DNA of 17,109 nt from contig JANRLX010000030.1 in NCBI GenBank assembly GCA_033762115.1, positions 1-17,109 of the forward strand, written 5' to 3'. Shown here in pieces: positions 1 to 7,717 of this stretch. Origin of the DNA: Verrucomicrobiota bacterium. Lineage in GTDB: Bacteria; Verrucomicrobiota; Verrucomicrobiia; Limisphaerales; SXQI01. The stretch's first letter is position 1. Each line of letters begins with the position of its first letter. The notes under the pieces were generated by a model. The model was not told the origin of the DNA. It saw only the letters and a list, made by a program, of their open reading frames with translations, and did no database searches. Both the position numbers and the translations under genes were made by a program.

Positions 1-10
1 CCTTCATCCA

Positions 11-40
11 AGAGTAACCATCCGCCCCCCATTCCGTCAA
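11..40 (-). promoter_or_regulatory. Putative sigma-70 promoter for a gene beyond the left edge of the window
   Basis: Minus strand reads TTGACG (40-35), 18 nt spacer, TACTCT (16-11), just downstream of the transglutaminase stop codon. Confidence 0.45.
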
Positions 41-57
41 GCTGCCCCCCCGTGTAA

Positions 58-1959
58 CTATGTTCCCCGCTGAAGTTCCCGAAGCTCCTCACGAGCGGCC
101 TGGATCGAGCGGCGCTCCGCAGCAGTGAGTGCATGCTGGCTGTAATACGCCCGGCAAAACAATTCAGTAATCACTCTCGCCGGTCCGCTCGCAGGGTGAT
201 TGCTCGCTTCCAGCAGCTTCAGGAACTCGAACGGCGTTTGGAACATCTCCCGCCACAATCCCCGTTTTCCCAGTATTTTCAATAATTCACTGTAATACTC
301 ATGCGCCGCATCCACTCCTCGCGATGATTTTTTGGTAGGGACCGCCCGGGCCTTTCTCCACAACCGCGGCCCACATGCAATCACCAGCGCTCCTCCGAAA
401 AATAAAATCAGCCAATCCCGCTGTGCGGCAATCCACCCCGGCAAATTTCCCAGCATCGCCCCCCATTGACTGAATAATTGCCTTTGGGCAGCCGCATCGA
501 AACCCACCACCCGCGAATACCAGAAAAGATCCAACCCCTCCAAAAAATCCTGGAACCCTGACAATGCCCCGTTTCCGCTCTGTCCCGGCGTGGCATCCAA
601 TGTCACCCATCCCCTTCCCTCCAGGTAAGCCTCCGTCCAGGAATGCGCATCCTTGAACCGCACCTGGTGCCATCCCGTAAATCGATTCAGCGGGCCCGGC
701 ACATAACCCATCACCACCCGTGACGGAATCCCTTTCATCCGCAGCAGCAATGCCAGCGTCGAGGCAAACCGCTCACAATGCCCCTCCCGTTTCTCGAACA
801 AAAAATCCTCCAATGTATTGATCCGGCTCAATGCCGGCGCTCCCAGCCGATAGGTGAAATTCGTTTGCAGATGGTTCACGATCGCGCTCGCAATTTCTGC
901 ATCTGTCGTTCTCCCTCCCACCAGCTCATCCAGGAATGTCGCAATCCTCGCCGAAGGCTCAGGATGCCGTGTGTAATATCGCACCAGCGCTGGCGAGATC
1001 GGTTCCTGCACCGGGCTGGCCAGGATTTCATACTCGAAACTGGCGTTCTGCCTCCTCCCGGTTCCCTCATACTCCACAACTCCCTGGCTTGTCTGCAACG
1101 GACGTTTCAACACATCTCCCTTCACAAACACCACCTGCCCATCCGTTGGCAGCACACGCCCCAAAAAACCTGCGCTTTTGATCCGGATTTTTCGATTGAG
1201 TCGCTTTTCCCCTGAGGTTGGCCAACGCATGTGAACCAGCGGCGAAAGTTCCGTCTGCCATTTTCCATCCTGAAACCGGCTCAGGACCATGCATTTGAAA
1301 TAGCTTAACCGTTCCCCCTGCACCTGGAACAGGACGCTGCCAGACTCTGAAAATCCGCCCCCCGTTGGATCAAGCACCGATGAAAAAAATGACCCCTGAC
1401 GTCCAATCCCCCCCTGCAACTGCAACGCAGTCCCCACAAACAATCGTGGAAACGAAATGAAGAACAGCACCGCACACGCTCCCAGCACCAATCCCGGCCC
1501 CCAGCCCGGCTTATGCCTCAACTGCCCCGGTCCCCCGAACTCAATCTCAGTCAATGCCCGCGGAATCAGTAAAATGGCCGCGGAAAACAATGCGGCAAAC
1601 CGAACATCCGGTGCCAGTGTGCATGCCACACCAATGTGAAAACAGGCAATCAGAAGGGAAGTCACCTGCTCCCGCCGCGTCAACGGGCGCATCATCCGGA
1701 TGCACTGCAACACAATCAAACCATCTCCCAAAAAGAAATGGGCGCTTCGACTGCTCACCTTCGCAATCAGAAAAGCCAGCCCGCATCCAACCACCAGCGC
1801 AATCCCTTCCCCCATCAACGGAATTTTCCACCTCGCCCGGAACATCCCCGCCGCCAAAATCCATAAACCGACGCTCACTCCCCAATGGACCCATGAATCC
1901 CACGCCAATCCCTGCGCAAGAAAACCGACCAGCATTAATTGGTGGAGCGGGCTTTTCAT
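58..1959 (-). CDS. Membrane-anchored transglutaminase-like protein (TgpA-like: DUF3488 TM region, transglutaminase core, DUF4129-like C-terminus)
   Basis: 633 aa with multiple N-terminal hydrophobic helices. Catalytic triad motifs GHCERFAS (Cys395), DAHSWTEAY (His439) and WVTLDATP (Asp455), plus GIPSRVVMGY. C-terminal TM followed by a QTPFEF...RAYY motif. ATGA overlap with the DUF58 gene. Confidence 0.9.
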   Translation of the reverse strand: MKSPLHQLMLVGFLAQGLAWDSWVHWGVSVGLWILAAGMFRARWKIPLMGEGIALVVGCGLAFLIAKVSSRSAHFFLGDGLIVLQCIRMMRPLTRREQVTSLLIACFHIGVACTLAPDVRFAALFSAAILLIPRALTEIEFGGPGQLRHKPGWGPGLVLGACAVLFFISFPRLFVGTALQLQGGIGRQGSFFSSVLDPTGGGFSESGSVLFQVQGERLSYFKCMVLSRFQDGKWQTELSPLVHMRWPTSGEKRLNRKIRIKSAGFLGRVLPTDGQVVFVKGDVLKRPLQTSQGVVEYEGTGRRQNASFEYEILASPVQEPISPALVRYYTRHPEPSARIATFLDELVGGRTTDAEIASAIVNHLQTNFTYRLGAPALSRINTLEDFLFEKREGHCERFASTLALLLRMKGIPSRVVMGYVPGPLNRFTGWHQVRFKDAHSWTEAYLEGRGWVTLDATPGQSGNGALSGFQDFLEGLDLFWYSRVVGFDAAAQRQLFSQWGAMLGNLPGWIAAQRDWLILFFGGALVIACGPRLWRKARAVPTKKSSRGVDAAHEYYSELLKILGKRGLWREMFQTPFEFLKLLEASNHPASGPARVITELFCRAYYSQHALTAAERRSIQAAREELRELQRGT

Positions 1960-3065
1960 GTCAGAATGCCATCCCTCAAAATTTTTCCGAGCCGCCGCGA
2001 ACGTCGCGAACCGCTCTCCTCACTCACCGTGCTGTAAAACGCCACCCGTTGCTCCGTGGCGCGCTCCTCCAGGAACTCCTCCACCCCACGGCTGTTCCCG
2101 GCAATCACAAGATTCAATGCGCTTTTTCTTGAAATCCGTTCACCCAGCAGTTCATTCAATTTGTTCACATCAAAACTTTCCGGCTTCTCCGGAAGCCGCG
2201 CCAGCAACCCAAGCAGTTCCCCACCATCATTGAAAGGGGGCACCAGCACAGGCGCGGAAAAACCCGCTGCCCAGAATTCAATATGATGTCCCTGGTCCAA
2301 TCCCGCAAAGGCAAGCGACCCCGCTGCTCGAATCGCATCCTCCCACTCCTCCTCAGTTCCATCCGTCCTCAGCAGCAGCACCGCAGCCCTTCCGGAAAGC
2401 TCCTCATCATACGTTTTAACCATCCACCCCTGTCCTTTGGCGCTGCTTTTCCAATGGATTTGTCGAAACGAATCAGTCGGGCCCATGCTCCTGATTCCAC
2501 CGAAATGAAAACCGGTCGCCTGTTGGGAATGCCCATTCTGTTTCCCACCCACCATCACATCAAACCCACTGACCACCGGCGGTTCACATGTGAACAATTT
2601 CGGATACACCACCAGTTCCCCGTTCAATCCCGCGTTCTCCTCAATCGAAAGCAACCCGAACGGAAAATTGGTCCGCAACGCCACCTGTTTCAATGAATAC
2701 ACCCCGCGCCGCAGCATTCCCAATTCCGGCGCCACACTGATTTTCCCGGAAGGTTCCAACGCCGTGAGGGTTGCCAGTGTCTGGCCAAATCCAGCCACCA
2801 CAAACGAACCGGGCGCTTTTTTACTGCTGTTCTCCACCGTCCAGGCTGTCGTGCTTCCACCTCCCTCCTCGATCATCGTCGTCACCGGGGCTGAGACCTG
2901 CACATGCAAAAGAATTTGCCGCGCCGTCCAGAAATTCAGGAGAAAACAACCCAGCAGCAATCCAATCAGTAATAACAAAAGGCCGGATTGCGAAGTAATC
3001 GAAGCGAAATACAGTAGGACAAGGACAGCCAAAAACAATTTTCCTGTCCGCGTCAGCCGAATCAT
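1956..3065 (-). CDS. DUF58 domain-containing membrane protein (MoxR partner)
   Basis: 369 aa with MIRLTRTG then two TM helices, RRGVY, FPFGL, LVVYP and D-x-x-RQIHWKSSAK...MVKTYDEE. Lies between the MoxR and transglutaminase genes. Confidence 0.88.
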   Translation of the reverse strand: MIRLTRTGKLFLAVLVLLYFASITSQSGLLLLLIGLLLGCFLLNFWTARQILLHVQVSAPVTTMIEEGGGSTTAWTVENSSKKAPGSFVVAGFGQTLATLTALEPSGKISVAPELGMLRRGVYSLKQVALRTNFPFGLLSIEENAGLNGELVVYPKLFTCEPPVVSGFDVMVGGKQNGHSQQATGFHFGGIRSMGPTDSFRQIHWKSSAKGQGWMVKTYDEELSGRAAVLLLRTDGTEEEWEDAIRAAGSLAFAGLDQGHHIEFWAAGFSAPVLVPPFNDGGELLGLLARLPEKPESFDVNKLNELLGERISRKSALNLVIAGNSRGVEEFLEERATEQRVAFYSTVSEESGSRRSRRLGKILRDGILT

Positions 3066-3076
3066 AAAAATCTTGC

Positions 3077-4045
3077 CTACACCGGGACCCGCGCCTTTTC
3101 CAGGATCTGGTCGATCACCGCATGATGGTTCATCGCTGTCACCCGGCTTCCTCGCCGCACGATCAGTCGATGCGGCAACACCGCGCGCGCCCCTGCTTTG
3201 ATATCGTCCGGCAACAGGTAATCCCTTCCCTTCAAAAATGCAAATGCCTGGCTGTAGGTTTGCAGGTCCAGGCTCCCTCGCGGGCTTGCCCCGTACTCCA
3301 ATCCTTCATGCTCCCTCGTCGCCCGCACAATCTGCAACAGATATTCCCTCAACGAGTCCTTCACCTCCACCTGCCGCACCTGCTCCTGGATTCGCAGCAA
3401 CGTCCCGCAATCCATTACCGCCCCCAGCTCCTCCAGCGCATAACCAAACTGCTGGTTCCGCAACATCTGCAATTCCGCAGCCTCATCCATGTAACCGATC
3501 CGCAATCGGCTCATGAAACGATCCATCTGTGCAAACGGAAGCGGGTAGGTTCCCTCAAGCTCCACCGGGTTCTGCGTCGCCATCACGAAAAACGGGGACA
3601 ACAATCGATGCGCGATTCCATCCACCGTCACGCTCTGCTCCTCCATCGCCTCCAGCAAACTCGATTGCGTTCGCGGTGTCGCCCGGTTGATCTCATCCCC
3701 CAGTAAAATGTTCGCGAAGATCGGCCCTTTCCTAAAAACAAACTCCTGCCGTTCAGGAGAAAAAACCGTCACCCCCGTGATATCTGAAGGCAGCAGGTCA
3801 GCCGTAAACTGGACCCGCTTGAAATCTGCTGAAATCGATTTTGCCAGCGCCTTTGCCAGCAATGTTTTTCCCACACCCGGCACATCCTCCAGCAGGACAT
3901 GCCCTCCCGCGATCAACGTGACCACCGCCTGCGTGATCACCTCTTCCTTCCCCACAAACACCTCGGAGATATTTTCGATCAACCGCACAGCCAGCGCATT
4001 CGGTCGCACACTCTCGCTTCGGGACATGACAGCAGTTTGGGACAT
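3077..4045 (-). CDS. MoxR-family AAA+ ATPase
   Basis: GHVLLEDVPGVGKT (Walker A), RVQFTADLLPSDITG, LLGDEINRATPRTQSSLLEAMEE (Walker B), ATQNPVELEGTYPLPFAQMDRF, GASPRG. Start is uncertain: ATG 4045 chosen, with ATG 4027 or TTG 4069 as alternatives. Confidence 0.95.
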   Translation of the reverse strand: MSQTAVMSRSESVRPNALAVRLIENISEVFVGKEEVITQAVVTLIAGGHVLLEDVPGVGKTLLAKALAKSISADFKRVQFTADLLPSDITGVTVFSPERQEFVFRKGPIFANILLGDEINRATPRTQSSLLEAMEEQSVTVDGIAHRLLSPFFVMATQNPVELEGTYPLPFAQMDRFMSRLRIGYMDEAAELQMLRNQQFGYALEELGAVMDCGTLLRIQEQVRQVEVKDSLREYLLQIVRATREHEGLEYGASPRGSLDLQTYSQAFAFLKGRDYLLPDDIKAGARAVLPHRLIVRRGSRVTAMNHHAVIDQILEKARVPV

Positions 4046-4314
4046 TCTATTCAGTATCGGCAAATCCAATCACTCGCTTCACTGCACTCAAATGGACACC
4101 GCAAAACAACCATGGTTTCGTTATTCGCATCATGATCAGTAAAAATATTCATGATTTTCATTGCAAAATGGAAGTTTCCTGATACAAATGGTCTCGAACC
4201 CTGAAATTAGAAGTGATGGCGCTCGGCTGTATTCTCATGCCTGTCGGATTGTCCAACGATCCTCGCTCCCTGATTTTTCCTTTTCCCACAACACAACAAA
4301 CACCACCAACTACC

Positions 4315-4356
4315 CTGGCCCGATTATCCTTGGATCGTCGGGCCAGTTTTTATTTT
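4315..4356 (+). terminator. Rho-independent terminator-like hairpin 1
   Basis: CTGGCCCGA...TCGGGCCAG perfect 9-bp stem followed by TTTTTATTTT on the + strand. Confidence 0.7.
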
Positions 4357-4373
4357 CCTTCAGCGTAGAAGGG

Positions 4374-4429
4374 AAGCGGGCTGTGCAGATCGGTATTCCG
4401 TGTGTTCTGCACGCCCGCTTATTTTTTTT
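4374..4429 (+). terminator. Rho-independent terminator-like hairpin 2, possibly bidirectional and also ending the flg operon
   Basis: AAGCGGGC(T)GTGCAGA...TCTGCACGCCCGCTT 15-bp stem with one bulge, then ATTTTTTTT on the + strand. It lies ~30 bp downstream of the flgL stop. The minus-strand tail is only TTCCCTTCT. Confidence 0.7.
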
Positions 4430-4448
4430 GTCTTTCGAAATCCGCCCC

Positions 4449-5384
4449 TCACCGCATGTAATCCAGCAGCGACATGCCCAGGATCGATCCGCCGCTTTGC
4501 AACGCCGCCTGGTAGGCGTTCTGCGTTTCATTCAATCGCACCAGCGTCTGCGCCAGGTCCGCATCAACCTCTTTTGAAACTTCGCTGCTCAATGAAAAAT
4601 TCCGCTCCTTTAACAGGCTCAATGTCACATCCAGCCGCGATTGCGTCGCCCCGTTCAACCCATAATGATAAATCAGGTTCTCCTCATCCCGTTGCAATGC
4701 CGCACGGTCCGTGTTCGCCACCGCGTTCGTATCTCCCGCCCTCAAATGGTTCTGCAATGAAATCAGATGCGCAAACAAGTCCGCCCCGCTCCGCGAATCC
4801 GTGATCAACCCGCGCGGCCCACTTCCGGAATTGTTCTCACCCAGCGTATGACCGGACGATTTCACATTGTCCCCGATCTCACTTTCAGGAAGGGAATCAT
4901 TCCCCGCATAAACAACCGAGGTAACCTGCCCATCATCGCTATAACTCGCGACAAATGGCGCCGTGTTGTTCCGCGTCCCGCCAAACAGGTAATCCCCCCG
5001 GTGCGTCGTGTTCACCAGCTGGATGCCATGCTTGATCAACTCCGTCACCTCGTTTGCATAAATCGCCAGCTGCTGCGGTGAATCAAGCCCATCCGCCAAT
5101 GTGGCAATTTCATTTGCGCGGTCCGAAATTGTTTTGAGCGATTTCATCACCGTATAGGACGCAGTCGCCGCCTCCTGCTGCCGTTCGATGTTTCGCTGGT
5201 ACTGGTCGATGCTTCGCGCCTCCGTTTGCATATCCAGCACCCGTCGCATCGCCTTGGGATCATCCTCAGGCAATTGGATCCGCTGCCCTGTGGCCGCCTG
5301 GTTCTGCAATTTCGCCTGGCGGGTTGTCAAATCCCCCAGCTGGTTGATCAACGCTGTGGGAAAGCTGTTAGATGTCACGCGCAT
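4449..5384 (-). CDS. flgL: Flagellar hook-associated protein 3 (hook-filament junction)
   Basis: 311 aa. MRVT start, flagellin-like N-terminus ATGQRIQLPEDDP, YLFGGT motif, and C-terminal DADLAQTLVRLNETQNAYQAAL...SLLDYM. Directly follows flgK. Confidence 0.93.
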   Translation of the reverse strand: MRVTSNSFPTALINQLGDLTTRQAKLQNQAATGQRIQLPEDDPKAMRRVLDMQTEARSIDQYQRNIERQQEAATASYTVMKSLKTISDRANEIATLADGLDSPQQLAIYANEVTELIKHGIQLVNTTHRGDYLFGGTRNNTAPFVASYSDDGQVTSVVYAGNDSLPESEIGDNVKSSGHTLGENNSGSGPRGLITDSRSGADLFAHLISLQNHLRAGDTNAVANTDRAALQRDEENLIYHYGLNGATQSRLDVTLSLLKERNFSLSSEVSKEVDADLAQTLVRLNETQNAYQAALQSGGSILGMSLLDYMR

Positions 5385-5387
5385 AGC

Positions 5388-6818
5388 TTACCTGATTAAA
5401 TTCACAACTGTGTCCAGCATCTCATCCACCGTGGTGATCAGCCGGGCCGATGCTTCGAACGCCTTCTGATACTTGATCAAATCCGTCATTTCCTCATCCA
5501 GCGAGACCCCGCTGATGGAATCCCTCTGTCCCTTCAACATCTTCTCCACCACCCCCTGGTCCACCACCTGGAAATTCACCTCGCTGATCGATTCACCCAG
5601 CGACGCCACAATCTGCGTGTATCGTTGCGAAAAAGTCTGCCCATCCAATCCTGCCTGCTGTTTCGTCTGCAATTGGGCCATCCCCACGATTACCGAATTG
5701 TCACCGGTAACTCCCGCTTCACCGCTCGCCTGCAACAATCGCGGGTCATCCACCAACGTGCGATTCACCTGGATATCCGAGGCATCATTGCCCGTAAAAA
5801 ATGGATTTCCGCTCGATCCGTCCAGCCCGTAACCATTCGCATGAATCGCATTGACCTCGGTGATCAGCAACCCCGCCAATGCCCGCAGGTCCGTTTGCAA
5901 TTCCGCAATCTCTCCGTCACGCGCCGTGATGATTCCATGCAGGCTCCCCCCCATCACATTCAACGGGGAAGTGGAATTTTTTGCCCTCAGCATCATCTGC
6001 CCGCCACCCGCATCGTAAGTCTCAATCTGGTCCAGCGTCTGGCTCCCTGAAACCATTATCGTCCCGTCAATGCTGATATTGACCGCTCCTCCATCCCCTT
6101 CCGACACCTCAAATTTCACCAGCGCGGCCAACTCCTCCAGCTTTGCCGTCCTCGCATCCCTCAGGTCGTTCGCTGTGCCTTCGCTCAATAATTCAGCCGT
6201 TGAAATCCGGTCGTTCAACCGCGCCACTTCACTCATGATTGTGTTCGCGCTCTTCGCATCCACTTCAAGGTTGCTGTCCAGCGAACTTCTCAGGGCACTC
6301 AACCGTTGGTCCGTCTGGTTGAACCGGTTCGCGAGCGACGCTCCCTTGTCCAGGACGATCTTTCGCTCCACCTCCGAAGTAGGTTGCGTGCTCAGGCTTT
6401 GGAACGAATTAAACATGTCCGCCAATGCTTCCGCGATGCCATGCTGTGTTCCTGTGCCATTCGCCGCTGCGCTCCCTTCCGCACCCGTTGCCAAACGATC
6501 AATCTGCTGGCCCAGGTTCGCCTGCGCATACTTCAGCGCCTGCTGCTGCGCCAGCAACGACCCGCTCACACTGCCTTCCCTCGCGATCTGGTCGTCCAGC
6601 AGTTCATTTCGAATCCGCTTGATCGCTCCCACATCTGCGCCGGTTCCCTGGATGCCCTGCGTCGTCGCAAACGCCCCTGCTGTCTCCACCGAAACACGTT
6701 GCCGCGAATAAGCCGGATTATTGGCATTGGCCATGTTATGGCCTGCAAGTTCAATCCCCGTCCTCTGCGTCGAGAGGGAACGGGAACCCATGTTTAATGT
6801 GCCAAATAATCCTAACAT
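5388..6818 (-). CDS. flgK: Flagellar hook-associated protein 1
   Basis: 476 aa. GHNMANANNPAYSRQRV, GTG..V..IKRIRN, ANDLRDAR, and C-terminal SISGVSLDEEMTDLIKYQKAFEASARLI. Confidence 0.96.
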   Translation of the reverse strand: MLGLFGTLNMGSRSLSTQRTGIELAGHNMANANNPAYSRQRVSVETAGAFATTQGIQGTGADVGAIKRIRNELLDDQIAREGSVSGSLLAQQQALKYAQANLGQQIDRLATGAEGSAAANGTGTQHGIAEALADMFNSFQSLSTQPTSEVERKIVLDKGASLANRFNQTDQRLSALRSSLDSNLEVDAKSANTIMSEVARLNDRISTAELLSEGTANDLRDARTAKLEELAALVKFEVSEGDGGAVNISIDGTIMVSGSQTLDQIETYDAGGGQMMLRAKNSTSPLNVMGGSLHGIITARDGEIAELQTDLRALAGLLITEVNAIHANGYGLDGSSGNPFFTGNDASDIQVNRTLVDDPRLLQASGEAGVTGDNSVIVGMAQLQTKQQAGLDGQTFSQRYTQIVASLGESISEVNFQVVDQGVVEKMLKGQRDSISGVSLDEEMTDLIKYQKAFEASARLITTVDEMLDTVVNLIR

Positions 6819-6821
6819 AAC

Positions 6822-7316
6822 TCAGCCCACCGCTTCGTAGAGGGATATGGACGGCGTCGTTCGCTGAAACACCTGCCCGCCCGGATTGTAAACTTTCGTT
6901 TCCACCGTCGGGAATAAACTCGTGATAAACCGGTGCATCAACTCCACCGATTGCGTCAGTAACAGGTGGTTCTGTCGTGCACGTCTTTGAATCCGCAGCA
7001 GCAACTCGTTATTCTCCTGCACCAATGCCTCCAGCAATGGCCGGTACTCCTCCGGCAGCCGTGGAATCATCTGCGCAAATTCTGTCTCCTTCAACCCAAG
7101 CTCCCGCGCCACCGCCATCTGGCGCTCCTCCCGTGTGGCTCGTGCCGTTTGGATGGCCACACCCTGTTGTTGGATGGCGGCCACACATTGCAGTAGCGGG
7201 TCGGCTTCGCGCCGCATCACCAGGTCCTGCTGCTCGTCCAACCGCGCCAGCATCTCCCCATAATGCTGCAACTCTTCCCTCAACGCGGCGATTAACTCTT
7301 TCAATGCGGCGATCAT
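6822..7316 (-). CDS. flgN: Flagellar export chaperone for FlgK/FlgL
   Basis: 164 aa alpha-helical protein with L..E...Y..ML, N.LL...S and a C-terminal VYNPGG motif. Immediately upstream of flgK, with ATGA overlap with flgJ. Confidence 0.82.
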   Translation of the reverse strand: MIAALKELIAALREELQHYGEMLARLDEQQDLVMRREADPLLQCVAAIQQQGVAIQTARATREERQMAVARELGLKETEFAQMIPRLPEEYRPLLEALVQENNELLLRIQRRARQNHLLLTQSVELMHRFITSLFPTVETKVYNPGGQVFQRTTPSISLYEAVG

Positions 7317-7717
7317 ATAGACTCCGTTGCCGCGCGGGGCGACCGCAACGGCTCTTGACTGTTATTGGTTTCCAAAGGCATGGAAGGTTCCGCTGCCTTC
7401 GATGGCTTCCGGATCTCCCGTGAAAGTTGTGATTCCAGCGCTTGCGCAAACCCGATGTTTCGGCTCGCGCTGATCTTGTCCGCAAGCTGCGTCGTGATCA
7501 TGTCCTGGTAAATGCCACCCACCGCTCCTGACTGGCCCGCCGACCCACCCCACATCGGCTTCTGCGCCGACCCCAGAATGTTTCGAAGCAAAATCGCCTC
7601 AAACTGGCGACTCACCTCCGCAATCTTTTCTGATTCCGGTATCTGGCTGTTCTGCGCCAGCTTATCCAGCGGCACATCCCGAACCTCGATTTTTCTCGTT
7701 AAATTTGAAATCTCCAT
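7313..7717 (-). CDS. flgJ: Flagellar rod-capping protein FlgJ (rod-binding domain only)
   Basis: VSRQFEAILLRNIL...IYQDM...QLADKIS..RNIGFAQALESQL is the rod-binding signature. Follows flgI with a TGATG overlap (GTG 7720 is an alternative start). No muramidase domain. Confidence 0.85.
   Translation of the reverse strand: MEISNLTRKIEVRDVPLDKLAQNSQIPESEKIAEVSRQFEAILLRNILGSAQKPMWGGSAGQSGAVGGIYQDMITTQLADKISASRNIGFAQALESQLSREIRKPSKAAEPSMPLETNNSQEPLRSPRAATESI

Larger units (their letters stand above)
4242..4430 (+). ncRNA. Candidate structured small RNA, convergent with the flg operon
   Basis: Possible promoter TTAGAA(4207-4212)-17-TATTCT(4230-4235). Hairpins at 4246-4262, 4315-4346, 4354-4375 and 4374-4420. 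The wobble positions are G-U on the + strand, and U-tracts follow two hairpins on the + strand. No convincing + strand CDS. Confidence 0.4.

Noticed and set aside
4287..4314. CA-rich tract as a tandem repeat or CRISPR remnant
   Set aside because: Imperfect low-complexity run with no repeat-spacer periodicity and no cas genes.
4310..4531. 73-aa minus-strand Cys/Arg-rich ORF
   Set aside because: Alternative frame overlapping the flgL 3' end and the hairpins, with no family features.
4161..4577. 138-aa plus-strand ORF, plus a 50-aa ORF at 4217-4369, in the flgL-moxR gap
   Set aside because: They run through terminator hairpins, and the longer one runs into flgL antisense. No recognisable motif or clear SD. 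A small peptide cannot be fully excluded without Ribo-seq.
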